A DNA stretch of 53,222 nt, taken from NCBI RefSeq assembly GCF_001194135.2, contig NC_068982.1, forward strand, positions 111,553,874 through 111,607,095. The letters are read 5' to 3'. The position numbers were made by a program, and so were the translations under genes. Positions 26,157 to 38,169 of the stretch are shown in pieces (position 1 is the first letter of the stretch; each line of letters starts with the position of its first letter). Source of the stretch: Octopus bimaculoides. Its lineage: Eukaryota. The notes under the pieces were generated by a model. It saw only the letters and a list, made by a program, of their open reading frames with translations. It ran no database searches and was not told the DNA's origin.

Positions 26157-26779
26157 TATGTATATGTATACATATATGATATATGATATGTATGTGCATG
26201 TGTGTACGTCATGTGTGTATGTGTATATGTACACAAACACACCCAAATACACACGTATTCACACATGTATACTGTTGTATAATGGTAAAATAAAGCATTA
26301 ATTCTTCAATTTCTGAATGTCAAGGGATGGCAGAATTGGTAGGAAACTGGATAAAAATATCCAAAAGAACAAAACAAAAAGAAGCAAAACAAAACAAAAC
26401 TTTGCAATATTTTACTTACATTCTAAGTTCAAATACCGTCAACTTAGCATTTCTCTCTCCGAGATCGATAAAATAATTACCTTAGGAAAGTATGTTAAGT
26501 TCAAATCCCATGATCACTGTAGATCCTAACGTTCTGGGTATCTGGTTTTCGCTAGAGATAGTGAAGAAGAGATGGTAATGTTGCCACTTTGGCTGCAGTC
26601 TGTAATTAACTGCCCTTACTTGTCTCCATCCCACTTAACACCGCCTTCTCTCTCTTAACCATTTGCCTGAACTGTGTATCGCATGTAATACACAAGACAT
26701 ATCTCCCTGACGTCCACGCATTGTATATGATACATATCCCTAATTTTGTTTTTAATCTCCAGAGTAATTCAGGACTTAC

Positions 26780-27345
26780 GAAAAGAAAGCTTTATTTATA
26801 TTACTCGGAATGTGTGAAACAACTTACAGTCTAAAAGCAAGCTTGGACGTTTAGGACAAACATGAAAATACTTTGGAAAGGCAAAGCGTTAAAGTATCAG
26901 TCTTACTGTTCAATACTTTTCACTGCATTTGATCTTGCCAACCGGTGAAAATGTTTATATGGTTACCAGAAAAATCGACAGAAAGCTAAATGTGTTCCAT
27001 CAAAGATGTCCGAGAACGTACTAGCAAAAACCACATAATAAATGAAGATATTCTAAAGAGAACCAATGCAAGACCATTTAACAAAAGCATCACAAAAACG
27101 AAGATTAAAACTAGCTGGTTAGATACTCTAGCTACCAGAACAATGCTATTCTGAACAGTTTTCAGAAGGGGAAAAAAAGAATGGAAGACCAAAATCTACA
27201 TGGCGTAGAACATTCATAATCAATAAGAGAGGCCAATATCACATGACCGGATGGAGACGAAGCTTCCGCAAATGGAAATCAGCAGCGTCAACTTGCTGCC
27301 CAATGTCCTTGAAAGCGCAGGACGGATTGATACTGATACTGAAGG
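26780..27345 (+). mobile_element. RTE-clade LINE 3' fragment (degraded ORF C-terminus)
   Basis: Frameshifted peptides KIDRKLNVFHQRC, NEDILKRTN, GRPKSTWRRTF, KWKSAA, then a short GATACT repeat tail. This matches the RTE post-RT C-terminus. Confidence 0.75.
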
Positions 27346-27904
27346 GAGATGATAGCGCTGCTATATACTAATTACTTTCGTTGCAGACCATAATCAGTTT
27401 TCTATAATCTGGATTTTGCCCTTAAATAGTTACTGCAAAATACCGGAATCGTATTAATAGGTTATACACTCTTTAAAAAAATGTAACTCTGTGACAAAAT
27501 TAGAAATAATTTCTGAAACCATTGTGCATAATAGTAATTATTCATATCCTTGAACTAGTATCCTATTTTCACAGCGCTTTAACGACTGTCTAAAACATTT
27601 AAGCTGTATTGTAACTATAATTCAAATCTTACACAATTTTCAAACAATAGTGCAGATATTCTAAGATCTAGAAGTCACAGTTAGACTAAACTTTGATGAT
27701 GACGTGTAACAATACCAAAAAAATGTCCGTAGTTGTCACTGTACCGTTATAGACCAGAATCACTCGACATTCAATCCTGCCTCTAAATAATTTCAAACAG
27801 TTATAATGTTAGGGAGCGTTGAGATCTTATCGATTTGGCTGCCAGAATCAATTCTCTTCGAACTGATTTCATATTCAGTATAATGATACACTTTTATAGG
27901 CTAA

Positions 27905-29420
27905 CTAGCAGAAATATCTGGCGTTGCCCGGGTTAAAGAAAATAAGGAAATTTAAAAATGCCTTTTAGATCTCTTACAAACATGAAACACAGATTACGCA
28001 GGTCTCACTTCTTAATAGCTGAGATACCAACTTTATATGGTAATAAATCGGCGTTTCCCAGATTATTGAAAATAATGAAATTTAAGTATGCTTTTTAAAT
28101 CTCTTAGCAAAATGAAACATGGATTATACAGTTCTCAACAGTTATTAGCTGAGGTACCAACTGTATATGTCAATAACATGTTTTGTCTGATGTTCTCACT
28201 GTTAAAACTGTTAAAAAAGCAGGTAGTTCTTCGTCTTTGCAATCATCTTCAATTGTCAGTACTTATTTGAAACACGTTGAACCTGAAAATGCATAAATTT
28301 GAGAAGAACCGCCCTCCGAGCGCTCCTCTCTTATTGATAAATACATTTAACAAAAATTCTATCAGATGACGTGAGTATAAATGAAATGTATGAATGAAAA
28401 GATTTTCGAGACTTCCAACTCGCAAACATCCTACATATAATTGTCCATGAGAAAAGCAAGGAGAAGCAAGGTGAAGTCCAACAACCTTGAGAGACTGTCC
28501 TTGGGATTCGTTTATAGCGAAACTTAGTTTCACTGGGAACTGGAACCGTTTAAATTCAAAAGGGAGATCATATGGGATTAACGGGATCCGTGGAATGAAG
28601 ACATGCCCATCCTTATAGTTTCCAGTCATAATTGCTGATAGGATATGAGGTTGCATCTCTTTCACCACCAGTCTGGTGCCATTGCATAGACGAGGTGGAT
28701 CCAGATTCCCGAGCAGCATGATTGGGGCATCCTTTTTAAGTGTTAAGTGGTGAGGTGTCATCCCAGATGGCTGTAGAGAGTTCAGGAACTGAGTTGGAAA
28801 AATTACAGCCTGATCCTGATCAATGTCAGTGTCGAAGGATTTGAAAGACTGTTCTTGTCCTGCAACATACAAGTATAATTACTCACATCGGATTTAAAAC
28901 AGAAATATCCAGTGTTAATAAGTCGAGTTGCGCCAAGAATAATCACATCCAAAAATATCCGAAATATATATTGGAAAATCTATGTGCAATATACAGTACC
29001 TCCTTCAATTAATTGAGAAAAAGGCGTCTATGAAATTTTTTTCTCTCACACACACACTCACATAACTATATATCTTATGTATATGAAACAAATCTGTTGA
29101 CAATTGATCAATTAAATGAAAGAAAAGGCGTCTATCTCCGTATGAATTTTTTTTTCACTCACACTCACATAAATATATATCTTAGATATATAAAACAGAT
29201 CTGCTGACAATAGAAAATTTTTACGGAAATGAACCTTTACTTACGGATACACAAATGGAAAGGTAGAGAAGATTATGGTATAGAGTGATCCAGCTGTTTG
29301 GCCGACCATAGAGGACACACACAAATAAATGTCTTAATACTTATAAAACAGACCTGTTGACATATGAAAAAAAGGCCTCTATCTCCGTATGGAATCTACA
29401 CACACACACACACACACACG

Positions 29421-29505
<85 letters not shown>

Positions 29506-29948
29506 ACACCTGTTGACATTTGAAAAAAAGGCGTCCATCTCCGTATTGAACGTATTTTCTCAAAACACTCACATTAATATATATCTTAATACACCTATTG
29601 ACTTATGAAAGAAAGGCGTCTTTCTCTGTGTAGAATGTATTTACTCACACATAAATATATATCTTATATATGAAGCAGACCTGTTGTCATTGGAGAATTT
29701 TTACAGAAATGAACCTGTACGTAGAGATACACAAATAAATAGATGGAGAAGAATATAAAAAAAGTACCTTTAGAAATTCTTTTTTATCAGAGATCGTCAC
29801 AACTGTAATGATGTATACATACGTGTGTGTAAATTGCTGGTTACTTAGTTACTACGTTAGAACGCCAGACTCAGAAAGTTGCCATTGACAAAACGGTTTG
29901 AAGAAGTGAAACTTTATTTTATATATAAAACAATATTATTTATTTTTA
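27905..29948 (-). mobile_element. Non-autonomous Helitron copy with PIF1 helicase fragment and canonical 3' end
   Basis: Minus-strand 3' end: degenerate hairpin CCCGGGCAACGCCAGA, 8-nt spacer, CTAG followed by T (27904-27932). Upstream lie the PIF1 fragment and a 5' region of about 90-bp subrepeats shared with the copy at 23625-24410. Confidence 0.8.
28330..28860 (-). pseudogene. PIF1-family helicase C-terminal fragment (Helitron RepHel type)
   Basis: FPTQFLNSLQPSGMTPHHLTLK, PRLCNGTRL, VFIPRIPLIP, QFPVKLSFAINESQGQSL, FSHGQLYVGCLRV. Motif V has degenerated (expected MTINKSQGQS) and the N-terminal helicase and Rep domains are absent. Confidence 0.92.
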
Positions 29949-30779
29949 CTCTTTTACTTGTTTCAGTCATTTGACTTTCAAACTTCGGACACTGGTAGAA
30001 TGTGTCATATAAAACATCTTTTATTCTCAGTGTTGTTGAGAAAAGTTTATATTTTTAAAGTTATTTCGTGTTAAAGTTGTCGTATTTCGGTGTCCGCCAA
30101 ATCAGAAAGATCCAAAGCTTGAAAATTTTGGTAATTTTAACAAATCATAAGCCACAGACACATTCTTGCCTGTATCGATAGTAAGAAGCGGAACATACGA
30201 ACACTTTTGTCTCTCAACGTGCCTGTTAAATCCGAGTGAAATCCGAGCAGTCTTTGAAAAGTCGTTTATCTGAGAGGAAGCACGTGATGACAAATTTGAC
30301 GCTGTGTTCTGTGCTCTGTGTGATTACTGAAGCAAGCTCCATTAACTTCGCTTCTATTACGGAAACATTGAAAACAGAGGAGGATATTTAAAAAATTAAA
30401 ACCGAAAGTTAAATGTTTGTTTTTTAATGCTTAAATGTTTGTTTTTTGAGCATATTTTGTTCACTCTTATTTTCATATATAACATATAAACATGTACATC
30501 TTTTGGAACATTGTCATTTTATAAGATTTGCTGGCAAATTTTTAAATTAACATAAACATTTATTTACATGAAAGAAAATTACCGGAGAACTTTCATCTAA
30601 TTCTTCCAAATCTTTCTGTTAAATATTGTAATGTGTTTATCGCACATAACGTGTCGTTTATCGCATTTGCATTAAACGCATATTGAATGCTTAGGTGTTT
30701 ATATATTCGTTTCTTTTTGTCATTGAGCATTGAGGTGGTTGTGTTGTGAGCTAAAAATAACAGCTAAATAAGAGAACCC

Positions 30780-31305
30780 TCAGAACAAGGGATCAGGAAA
30801 ATATGCTGGTTTAATGGAGGACATATGTACTCAGCCGTCTGAATTTCAGCAGTGTTATAAAAGGAACATTGCATCAACGGAATAGCTGAGCTACGGGGAG
30901 AGACTGAAAGAGCTACGACTCTGCTCCCTGGAACAAAGACAGGTGTGCAGTGATATATGTATGGAAGATTCTGGAGGAGCTGGCACCAAATTTTGGTATC
31001 CAGAGCTATAGGAGCCCCCGAACTGGACATCACTACACTGTTCCAAAGGTCCCAACTTTCCCGTCTAGAGTGAGAACCATATATTGCAATAGCTTGGGAT
31101 TCAGCTATTTAACGTCTTTCCAAAACATCTGAGGGATCTTCATGGAGTAGAGCTTGATGTTTTCAAGAAACAGCTTGACCTGCTATCCAAGGTCCCAGAT
31201 GAACTTATTTCAAGGCAGGAAACTCAAAAGAGGACAGCAGTGACCATTGAAATGAGATTACAGTGGCGGTGATCTATTATGGCTAATACATATAAAAGAA
31301 TATAA
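30780..31305 (+). mobile_element. L2/CR1-group (Crack/Daphne-like) LINE 3' fragment
   Basis: Peptides YGERLKELRLCSLEQR, IYVWKILEELAPNFGI, FNVFPKHLRDL...FKKQLD, SKVPDE. 3' end GGCGGTG...ATGGC...AAAAGA. Exact clade not determined. Confidence 0.78.
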
Positions 31306-31316
31306 AAAATAAATAT

Positions 31317-31470
31317 GTGGCAGTTTACTTCCTAACTACATGGGTCCCGGTTCAGTCCCACTGTGTGACACCTCGCGCAAGTGTCTTCTATTATAACCTC
31401 GAGCTGAACAAAGCCTTGTGAGTGGATTTGATTGACGGAAGCTGAAAGAAACCCCCGTCGTATATATATA
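31317..31470 (+). mobile_element. SINE family A head and central block, running into an assembly gap
   Basis: GGTTCAGTCCC box B followed by GCCTTGTGAGTGGATTTG...GAAAGAAACCCCCGTCG. Confidence 0.8.
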
Positions 31471-31995
31471 TATATATATATATATATNNNNNNNNNNNNN
31501 NNNNNNNNNNNNNNNNNNNNNNNNNNNNNNNNNNNNNNNNNNNNNNNNNNNNNNNNNNNNNNNNNNNNNNNNNNNNNNNNNNNNNNNNNNNNNNNNNNNN
31601 NNNNNNNNNNNNNNNNNNNNNNNNNNNNNNNNNNNNNNNNNNNNNNNNNNNNNNNNNNNNNNNNNNNNNNNNNNNNNNNNNNNNNNNNNNNNNNNNNNNN
31701 NNNNNNNNNNNNNNNNNNNNNNNNNNNNNNNNNNNNNNNNNNNNNNNNNNNNNNNNNNNNNNNNNNNNNNNNNNNNNNNNNNNNNNNNNNNNNNNNNNNN
31801 NNNNNNNNNNNNNNNNNNNNNNNNNNNNNNNNNNNNNNNNNNNNNNNNNNNNNNNNNNNNNNNNNNNNNNNNNNNNNNNNNNNNNNNNNNNNNNNNNNNN
31901 NNNNNNNNNNNNNNNNNNNNNNNNNNNNNNNNNNNNNNNNNNNNNNNNNNNNNNNNNNNNNNNNNNNNNNNNNNNNNNNNNNNNNNNNNNNNNNN

Positions 31996-32047
<52 letters not shown>

Positions 32048-32065
32048 TTAGAGAGAGAAAGAGAG

Positions 32066-32115
<50 letters not shown>

Positions 32116-32507
32116 GGAGAATGAAAGATAGAGAGACAATCGGGGTGGTCATAACTGCAACGTTTTGGATCATTGGTTTGTTCAGTCTAGATTGTTCTAG
32201 AACTAAACAACAATAAAACAACAACGACAAGAAGAGTAGCACAAGCAACAAGAAGAATAACAAAATCATTGAATAATGTTTTCTCCTTCCCAAGGATTAA
32301 TTCCATCGGAACATTTGCAGAAATAAATCAAACCCTCAAATACTACGCATCAATGGGTAGAAATAGCTTATAGTATTTAGAAATTTCTGGCATGATAAAG
32401 TTAGTAGTTATTCGTTGCTTAATCTTAAGCCAGCCATAATGGAACAAGCCTACATTTTTTACATTATTTACATTTGACGGATATTTGTCCTCATCTTGTT
32501 TGCTGGT

Positions 32508-32553
32508 AACACAACGTTTCGGCTGATATACCCTCCAGCCTTCATCAGGTGTC
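32508..32553 (-). ncRNA. Minimal type I hammerhead ribozyme motif
   Basis: GACAC-CUGAUGA-A-GGCUG-(GAGGGUAUAU)-CAGCC-GAAAC-GUU-GUGUU. Stem I 5 bp, stem II 5 bp, palindromic ACGU stem III. Confidence 0.75.
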
Positions 32554-32622
32554 TTGTGGAAATTTCGAACCTGGGTTCTCATTCCTAAGGTATTTTTCGA
32601 TGTTATTATTATTATTATTATT

Positions 32623-33000
32623 GAGTGAGAGAACAGTGCATGCTCTCAAAGTGACACTGGGGTAAAATATACGAAGCCCATTATACCCATCATGACTACC
32701 TGTCTGATACGGGTACACCAGGCACATGTATCACAACAGTATGTGCGCGACATGGTGATCTCATACCAAGATAAACAGCGCATGACCTCACAGGTGGGGC
32801 CCAGTTAGAATTTTCTTCAGGTCGAGTAGCCCATCCCGCTCAAAAGGTCCCTGAATAAGGTTTGTTTAAGGATGTTGGGCAAAACATCCATGTTTCCAAA
32901 GGTGTATTATTCAAACCCCAAAGAATTCCTCTCAACACATGGCTATGATGCTCCGCCACTACTTCTGCTCATGGTCAGAGATGCACATGTCATCAGCCAC
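32623..33000 (-). repeat. Unclassified about 380-bp GC-richer element between the inverted hammerhead copies
   Basis: Sharp compositional boundaries and ends in (AAT)n on the minus strand. No recognisable peptide. Confidence 0.4.
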
Positions 33001-33010
33001 CATATGCCCT

Positions 33011-33080
33011 GGCATATGACGTAGTGGTTAAGAGCGTGGGCTACTAACCCCAAGATTCCGAGTTCGATTCCAGGCAGTGA

Positions 33081-33127
<47 letters not shown>

Positions 33128-33310
33128 TCGAAAAATACCTTCTGAATGAGAACCCAGGTTCGAAATTTCCACAAGACACCTGATGAAGGCTGGAGGGTAT
33201 ATCAGCCGAAACGTTGCATTAACAACAAAGATGAGGACAAATATCCATCAAATGTAAATAATGTAAATAGTGTAAATAATGTACATAATTCCTCATCTCT
33301 TAAATATAGA
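33011..33310 (+). mobile_element. Composite repeat: tRNA-like head + (AAT)n + hammerhead-containing body
   Basis: Box A TGACGTAGTGG (33017-33027), box B GAGTTCGATTCC (33060-33071), (AAT)n 33085-33125, hammerhead core 33175-33220. Confidence 0.7.
33175..33220 (+). ncRNA. Minimal type I hammerhead ribozyme motif with weakened stem I
   Basis: Core and stem II identical to the 32508-32553 copy. The 3' strand of stem I is GCAUU, giving two mismatches. Confidence 0.65.
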
Positions 33311-36011
33311 ACAGGAACAAACCTATCATCAAAAGCGTTGTACCATGACCATCTCATATTTTCTCTGGCATAACATTTTAGGCATTACATTATATAACGA
33401 GTCCTTTATTTTCAAGATACTGAACTGTGATTTTCGGGAGATTTAGTCTCTATTTCCAGCTTAAAGGCTGCTTTATTTATTCGAGATAAGGGTAGTTTAT
33501 AGGTGAGTGTTGGTATAGAACGTTTCTAATTGTTTAATGATTCTACTGAACAATATAAGTTTCAGACAATTTTGTTGCAGTTCTTGAGAAAGTTCATTGT
33601 TATTTGTCTGTCTGTTTGTTTGTAGAAATAATTATCTTATGGAAGTTTCTTTAGGATGAAAATATTACTTCAACGATTTTCTGAGTTTACTAATGTCAAC
33701 AGTTGTCGAAAATAATTAAAAATATGCCACTTGCTTTGAAAAGATCATATTGCATGGTTTGTTTTGCCAAACTTTTAATATAGAAAGCATTTCTACTTGG
33801 CAGTTATTTGCATAGTGTCAGGCAGTGAATTATTGCGCTTGACATTTGCTTATGAATAATTAAAGAATAATTATAGCCGCCCATAATCTTCTTCCAGTAA
33901 CTAATTAAGCTTTGTTGGATCGAAGACAAAGATTCCATCATTTGGAGCGATGTCAAAAAAAGTTCTTGAATATTATATAAAGATAACTTATTTTCGTGTA
34001 GAGCAAAAAAAGGAAGATAATATTGTTTTTATGATGAACTAACGAGAAATTTTAAGGTTCTTTTTTGATTTCAGCGTAAGATGAAAGTTATTCTCAAAAG
34101 AAAAAAAATGGTAACAGATTAAATTGAAACAAAGAAAGAAATACCTTAAACTAATTGGGTGAATTGAGATAAAGCGTGTATGAATGCAATGATTGGACTA
34201 GGCAAAATAATTTTTTGATAAATGAATTGAAATTTTATATTTAGTTGTGCTATCTGTCTTGAAATCGTGGCCGTTACATTATTTCATATCTCGAAGGCTA
34301 CGCTTTTTGCAGTCCAAGAGCAGGAAATAGCCACGAAATATCTAGTTATAAAACGAAAACAAACTTCCAAGATGCAAACGTTAGTGTCGATTATGCCTCT
34401 CTTCTTTCGTGACATAATACATGTAATCAGCTACTGCTCCAAATTGTCATCGATGATATAATGTTGTTGCTAAAGCAATACACAGTGTCATCTACCTGAA
34501 AGACTGTCTTGCGATAAATATAAACAACACCTGTATTGTTGAATACATGCATGTCAGTTTAAAGAATATTGGTGGGACATCATAAAACTGCTACTAAGTT
34601 CAAACATAACAGGACTGGTATAGTTATTTGAGATATGAAAAAAAAATTGTATCGTCATAAAGGTTAGCTAACATGCAGATGTGAACATATCTTCCAAAAT
34701 CAGGGTGAAAGAATATTTTTGGATAACTGCTTCAAAACTGAAGCCCCTCTACTCAGATTATATATTCACATCTATGCTACTAATCATTGGTGCACTTGGT
34801 TAAGTTAGTAAATGTTTCAATGACAATCTAGAAAAGTTATGATTTTCAGGAAAAGAAGGCACCTGGTTAACAGGCACTCAGTTAGTGGACTAGTAAAAAA
34901 TATGCAAGACTTTCCTAAATCTCAATATGCAGCAATTCTAATTGTTATCCAAATCCCAGGGACAGACCTTCTGTTTCTATAAATTATCTCTCTCCTAAGA
35001 ATAATTCTTATAAAAAGTGAAAAAAACACAGATCTATCTATCTGTCTGTCTGCCTGTCTGCGTGCGTGCGTGCGCACATGCGCGCGCGTACCTGTGTGTG
35101 CCTGTGTGTGTTTACGCGTGTCTGTATGTGTGTAATTATACAATGCATGAAACGTTTTTGAATTTTAGAATAAGGGCTTCAATATTTAATCGTATTCATT
35201 TTTGTTTTAAAATTTAATTTCTTAATCTCCAACTCAATTCTGTTCAATTAAGAAAATTTCTTTTGTCTCTTCTTTGCGCTTTCGCTTGTAATTATTGTTC
35301 TTTTTCCCATGTGGCTTCTTAGGAATATTGTTCTTATAACTGTTATTTTTACAGTCAGCTTTAAAGAAATTGCAGGATTCTGCAATGGGATGGACTTATA
35401 CTTGATTCAATGCCAGAATCAATATTAATTACTTTAAACTTTTACAACATTGTGAATATCGATAGGTGAGCCATTGGCCCATCTTCCATTTTAACAACTG
35501 ACCGACTGTCAGAGCTGTTGGCTATATTTTATCTCTATCTTCTGATTATATGCGCGTATTTCTTTACCTGTAAGATCTTTTCTGGCATATGTTATCTCAT
35601 GAATTATCACCAAACATATTCGACTCTCTTAAGTTTAGATTCTTTATAGGAGCACCTCACTTCAGTATATTCTCTTTCATCATTAGGTTTTCTCGTAAAG
35701 TGAATTAGTTATTAGTTTATCATTTGGGAGTCACAACACAAGCGTTCTCGTCGCGGTTCCTGTTTGATATGGTTTGCTAATTGTACTAATACTATTCTCA
35801 ATCTTTGAAATTTATGTTTTCTAGTCTCACGTACAACAATCCCAGATTCCTAACATCTCATTAGGAAGATTTGATATGCACTTAATGAAATAAATCAATG
35901 AATTTATTTGATAAATTCATTGATTTATTTTACTTACTAGTATGCGAACTATTATTTTTACAAAAACAAGTTTCAGTTTGAGAGAGAGAGCGAGAGAGAG
36001 AGAGGGAGAGG

Positions 36012-36060
<49 letters not shown>

Positions 36061-36146
36061 CAACAAATAAATAAGTTGATTTAATTTGGTTTTCTAATCT
36101 CAAAACTAATTATTAACTCTGTAACTCTGCGTAAGAATTAAAACTA

Positions 36147-36150
36147 TCTA

Positions 36151-36229
<79 letters not shown>

Positions 36230-36280
36230 CATCTAAGCACCCAAACCTACCTACCTACCTACCTACCTACCTACCTATCA

Positions 36281-36332
<52 letters not shown>

Positions 36333-36940
36333 GTCTNNNNNNNNNNNNNNNNNNNNNNNNNNNNNNNNNNNNNNNNNNNNNNNNNNNNNNNNNNNNNNNN
36401 NNNNNNNNNNNNNNNNNNNNNNNNNNNNNNNNNNNNNNNNNNNNNNNNNNNNNNNNNNNNNNNNNNNNNNNNNNNNNNNNNNNNNNNNNNNNNNNNNNNN
36501 NNNNNNNNNNNNNNNNNNNNNNNNNNNNNNNNNNNNNNNNNNNNNNNNNNNNNNNNNNNNNNNNNNNNNNNNNNNNNNNNNNNNNNNNNNNNNNNNNNNN
36601 NNNNNNNNNNNNNNNNNNNNNNNNNNNNNNNNNNNNNNNNNNNNNNNNNNNNNNNNNNNNNNNNNNNNNNNNNNNNNNNNNNNNNNNNNNNNNNNNNNNN
36701 NNNNNNNNNNNNNNNNNNNNNNNNNNNNNNNNNNNNNNNNNNNNNNNNNNNNNNNNNNNNNNNNNNNNNNNNNNNNNNNNNNNNNNNNNNNNNNNNNNNN
36801 NNNNNNNNNNNNNNNNNNNNNNNNNNNNNNNNNNNNNTGATCGACCCCCCCTTTTTTTTTCTTCCACCTCCCAAAAAGAAAAGCTCTACATTGTATTTGT
36901 CCCATCTTCGTTGAGCCCTGTGTGGCTAATAAAAGAAATG

Positions 36941-37016
<76 letters not shown>
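36147..37016. repeat. (TCTA)n/(CTAC)n microsatellite blocks around an assembly gap
   Basis: Directly visible. Representative of many microsatellites, e.g. (CA)n 921-988, (TCTA)n 10658-10732, (AAT)n 21028-21067, (GA)n 32050-32118, (ATT)n 41808-41850. Confidence 0.95.
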
Positions 37017-37748
37017 GAATTGAGGCATTTACGAGAAAGGTACAACCGTTTTGTGTGATTTACAAATATTTGAGAAAAATATATATATTTCCCTATACAA
37101 GCTGGTTTTTGTAAACCGTTGACAGGAAATTGGTTGTGACCCTGACCTTAGCAGCGTCTCTGAGGCTGATGGGTAGGAAAGAGATTAAGAAAATATCCAC
37201 TCATGGTTGCTGCAGTATGGGCAACAATACATCAAAATGTCGAATTATCTTCCGATTGGAAAACGGATTTCAGTACTAAAGGTGATTAGCTAAACCTACT
37301 GAACCCAAAACAATGACAGATACAGTTCATATGACAAGCTTCCACATAGTTTCCCTCTGTCCATTTTCACTTATAAGTGTTGGTTCAAACTAAGGTAAAA
37401 CAAACTTGTCAAGGAGAGCCGCCTGTTGGGATCGAACTTGGGATTACATGACTACAAAGCCAGCTTCGTAAACAGTTTACCATAAGGTTGCGAGAAGCTT
37501 TTATATTAGAACAAAATCATAGTAAGAAAGAAAACTCGTGGATGGCTTCAAAACCTTCAATGAAACAAAGCGTTTCTATGATAATTGTGGCACTGGACGT
37601 CATAAATACTACAGCAGAGATTATTCTGCTTTATTATCTTTGCTAATTAAAAAAAAATCTAATTGTATATTTCATATCCAGACGTGTAATATGAAAAAGT
37701 TTTCATCATAAATCGGGTAACATCAGTAAAATATAATTTGACATATTA

Positions 37749-37956
37749 CTCTTTATTCTTTTACTCTTTTACTTGTTTCAGTCATTTGACTGCGGCCATG
37801 CTGGAGCACCACCTTTAGTCGAGCAAATCGACCCCAGGACTTATTCTTCGTAAGCCTAGTACTTATTCTATCGGTCTCTTTTGCCGAACCGATAAATTAC
37901 GGGGACGTAAACACACCACCATCGGTTGTCAAGTGATGTTGGGGGGACAAACACAG

Positions 37957-37997
<41 letters not shown>

Positions 37998-38169
37998 CAT
38001 ATATACGACGAGCTTCTTTCAGTTTCCGTCTACCAAATCCACTCACAAGGCCTTGGTCGGCCCGAGGCTATAGTAGAAGACATTTGCCCAAGATGCCACG
38101 CAGTGGGAATGAACCCAGAACCATGTGGTTGGTAAGCAAGCTACTTACCACACAGCCACTCCTGCGCCT
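37749..38169 (-). mobile_element. tRNA-derived SINE family A, best-preserved copy (probably octopus OK / Meta-domain type)
   Basis: Minus strand: tRNA-like head with box A TGGCTGTGTGG and a box B-like GGTTCATTCCC, a central GCCTTGTGAGTGGATTTGGTAGACGGAAACTGAAAGAAGC block, an internal TA/TG microsatellite, and the tail GGTGCTCCAGCATGGCCGCAGTCAAATGACTGAAACAAGTAAAA. Family name is from memory and unverified. Confidence 0.9.

Noticed and set aside
23763-29948. Single long-TIR transposon carrying a PIF1 helicase
   Set aside because: Helitron-type 5' and 3' termini and the lack of an evident TSD fit two inverted Helitron copies better. It is kept only as the alternative hypothesis.
33011-33083. tRNA-Ser(ACT)-like gene
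   Set aside because: Boxes A/B and an anticodon-like loop are present, but the acceptor and T stems do not pair. It is treated as a SINE head.
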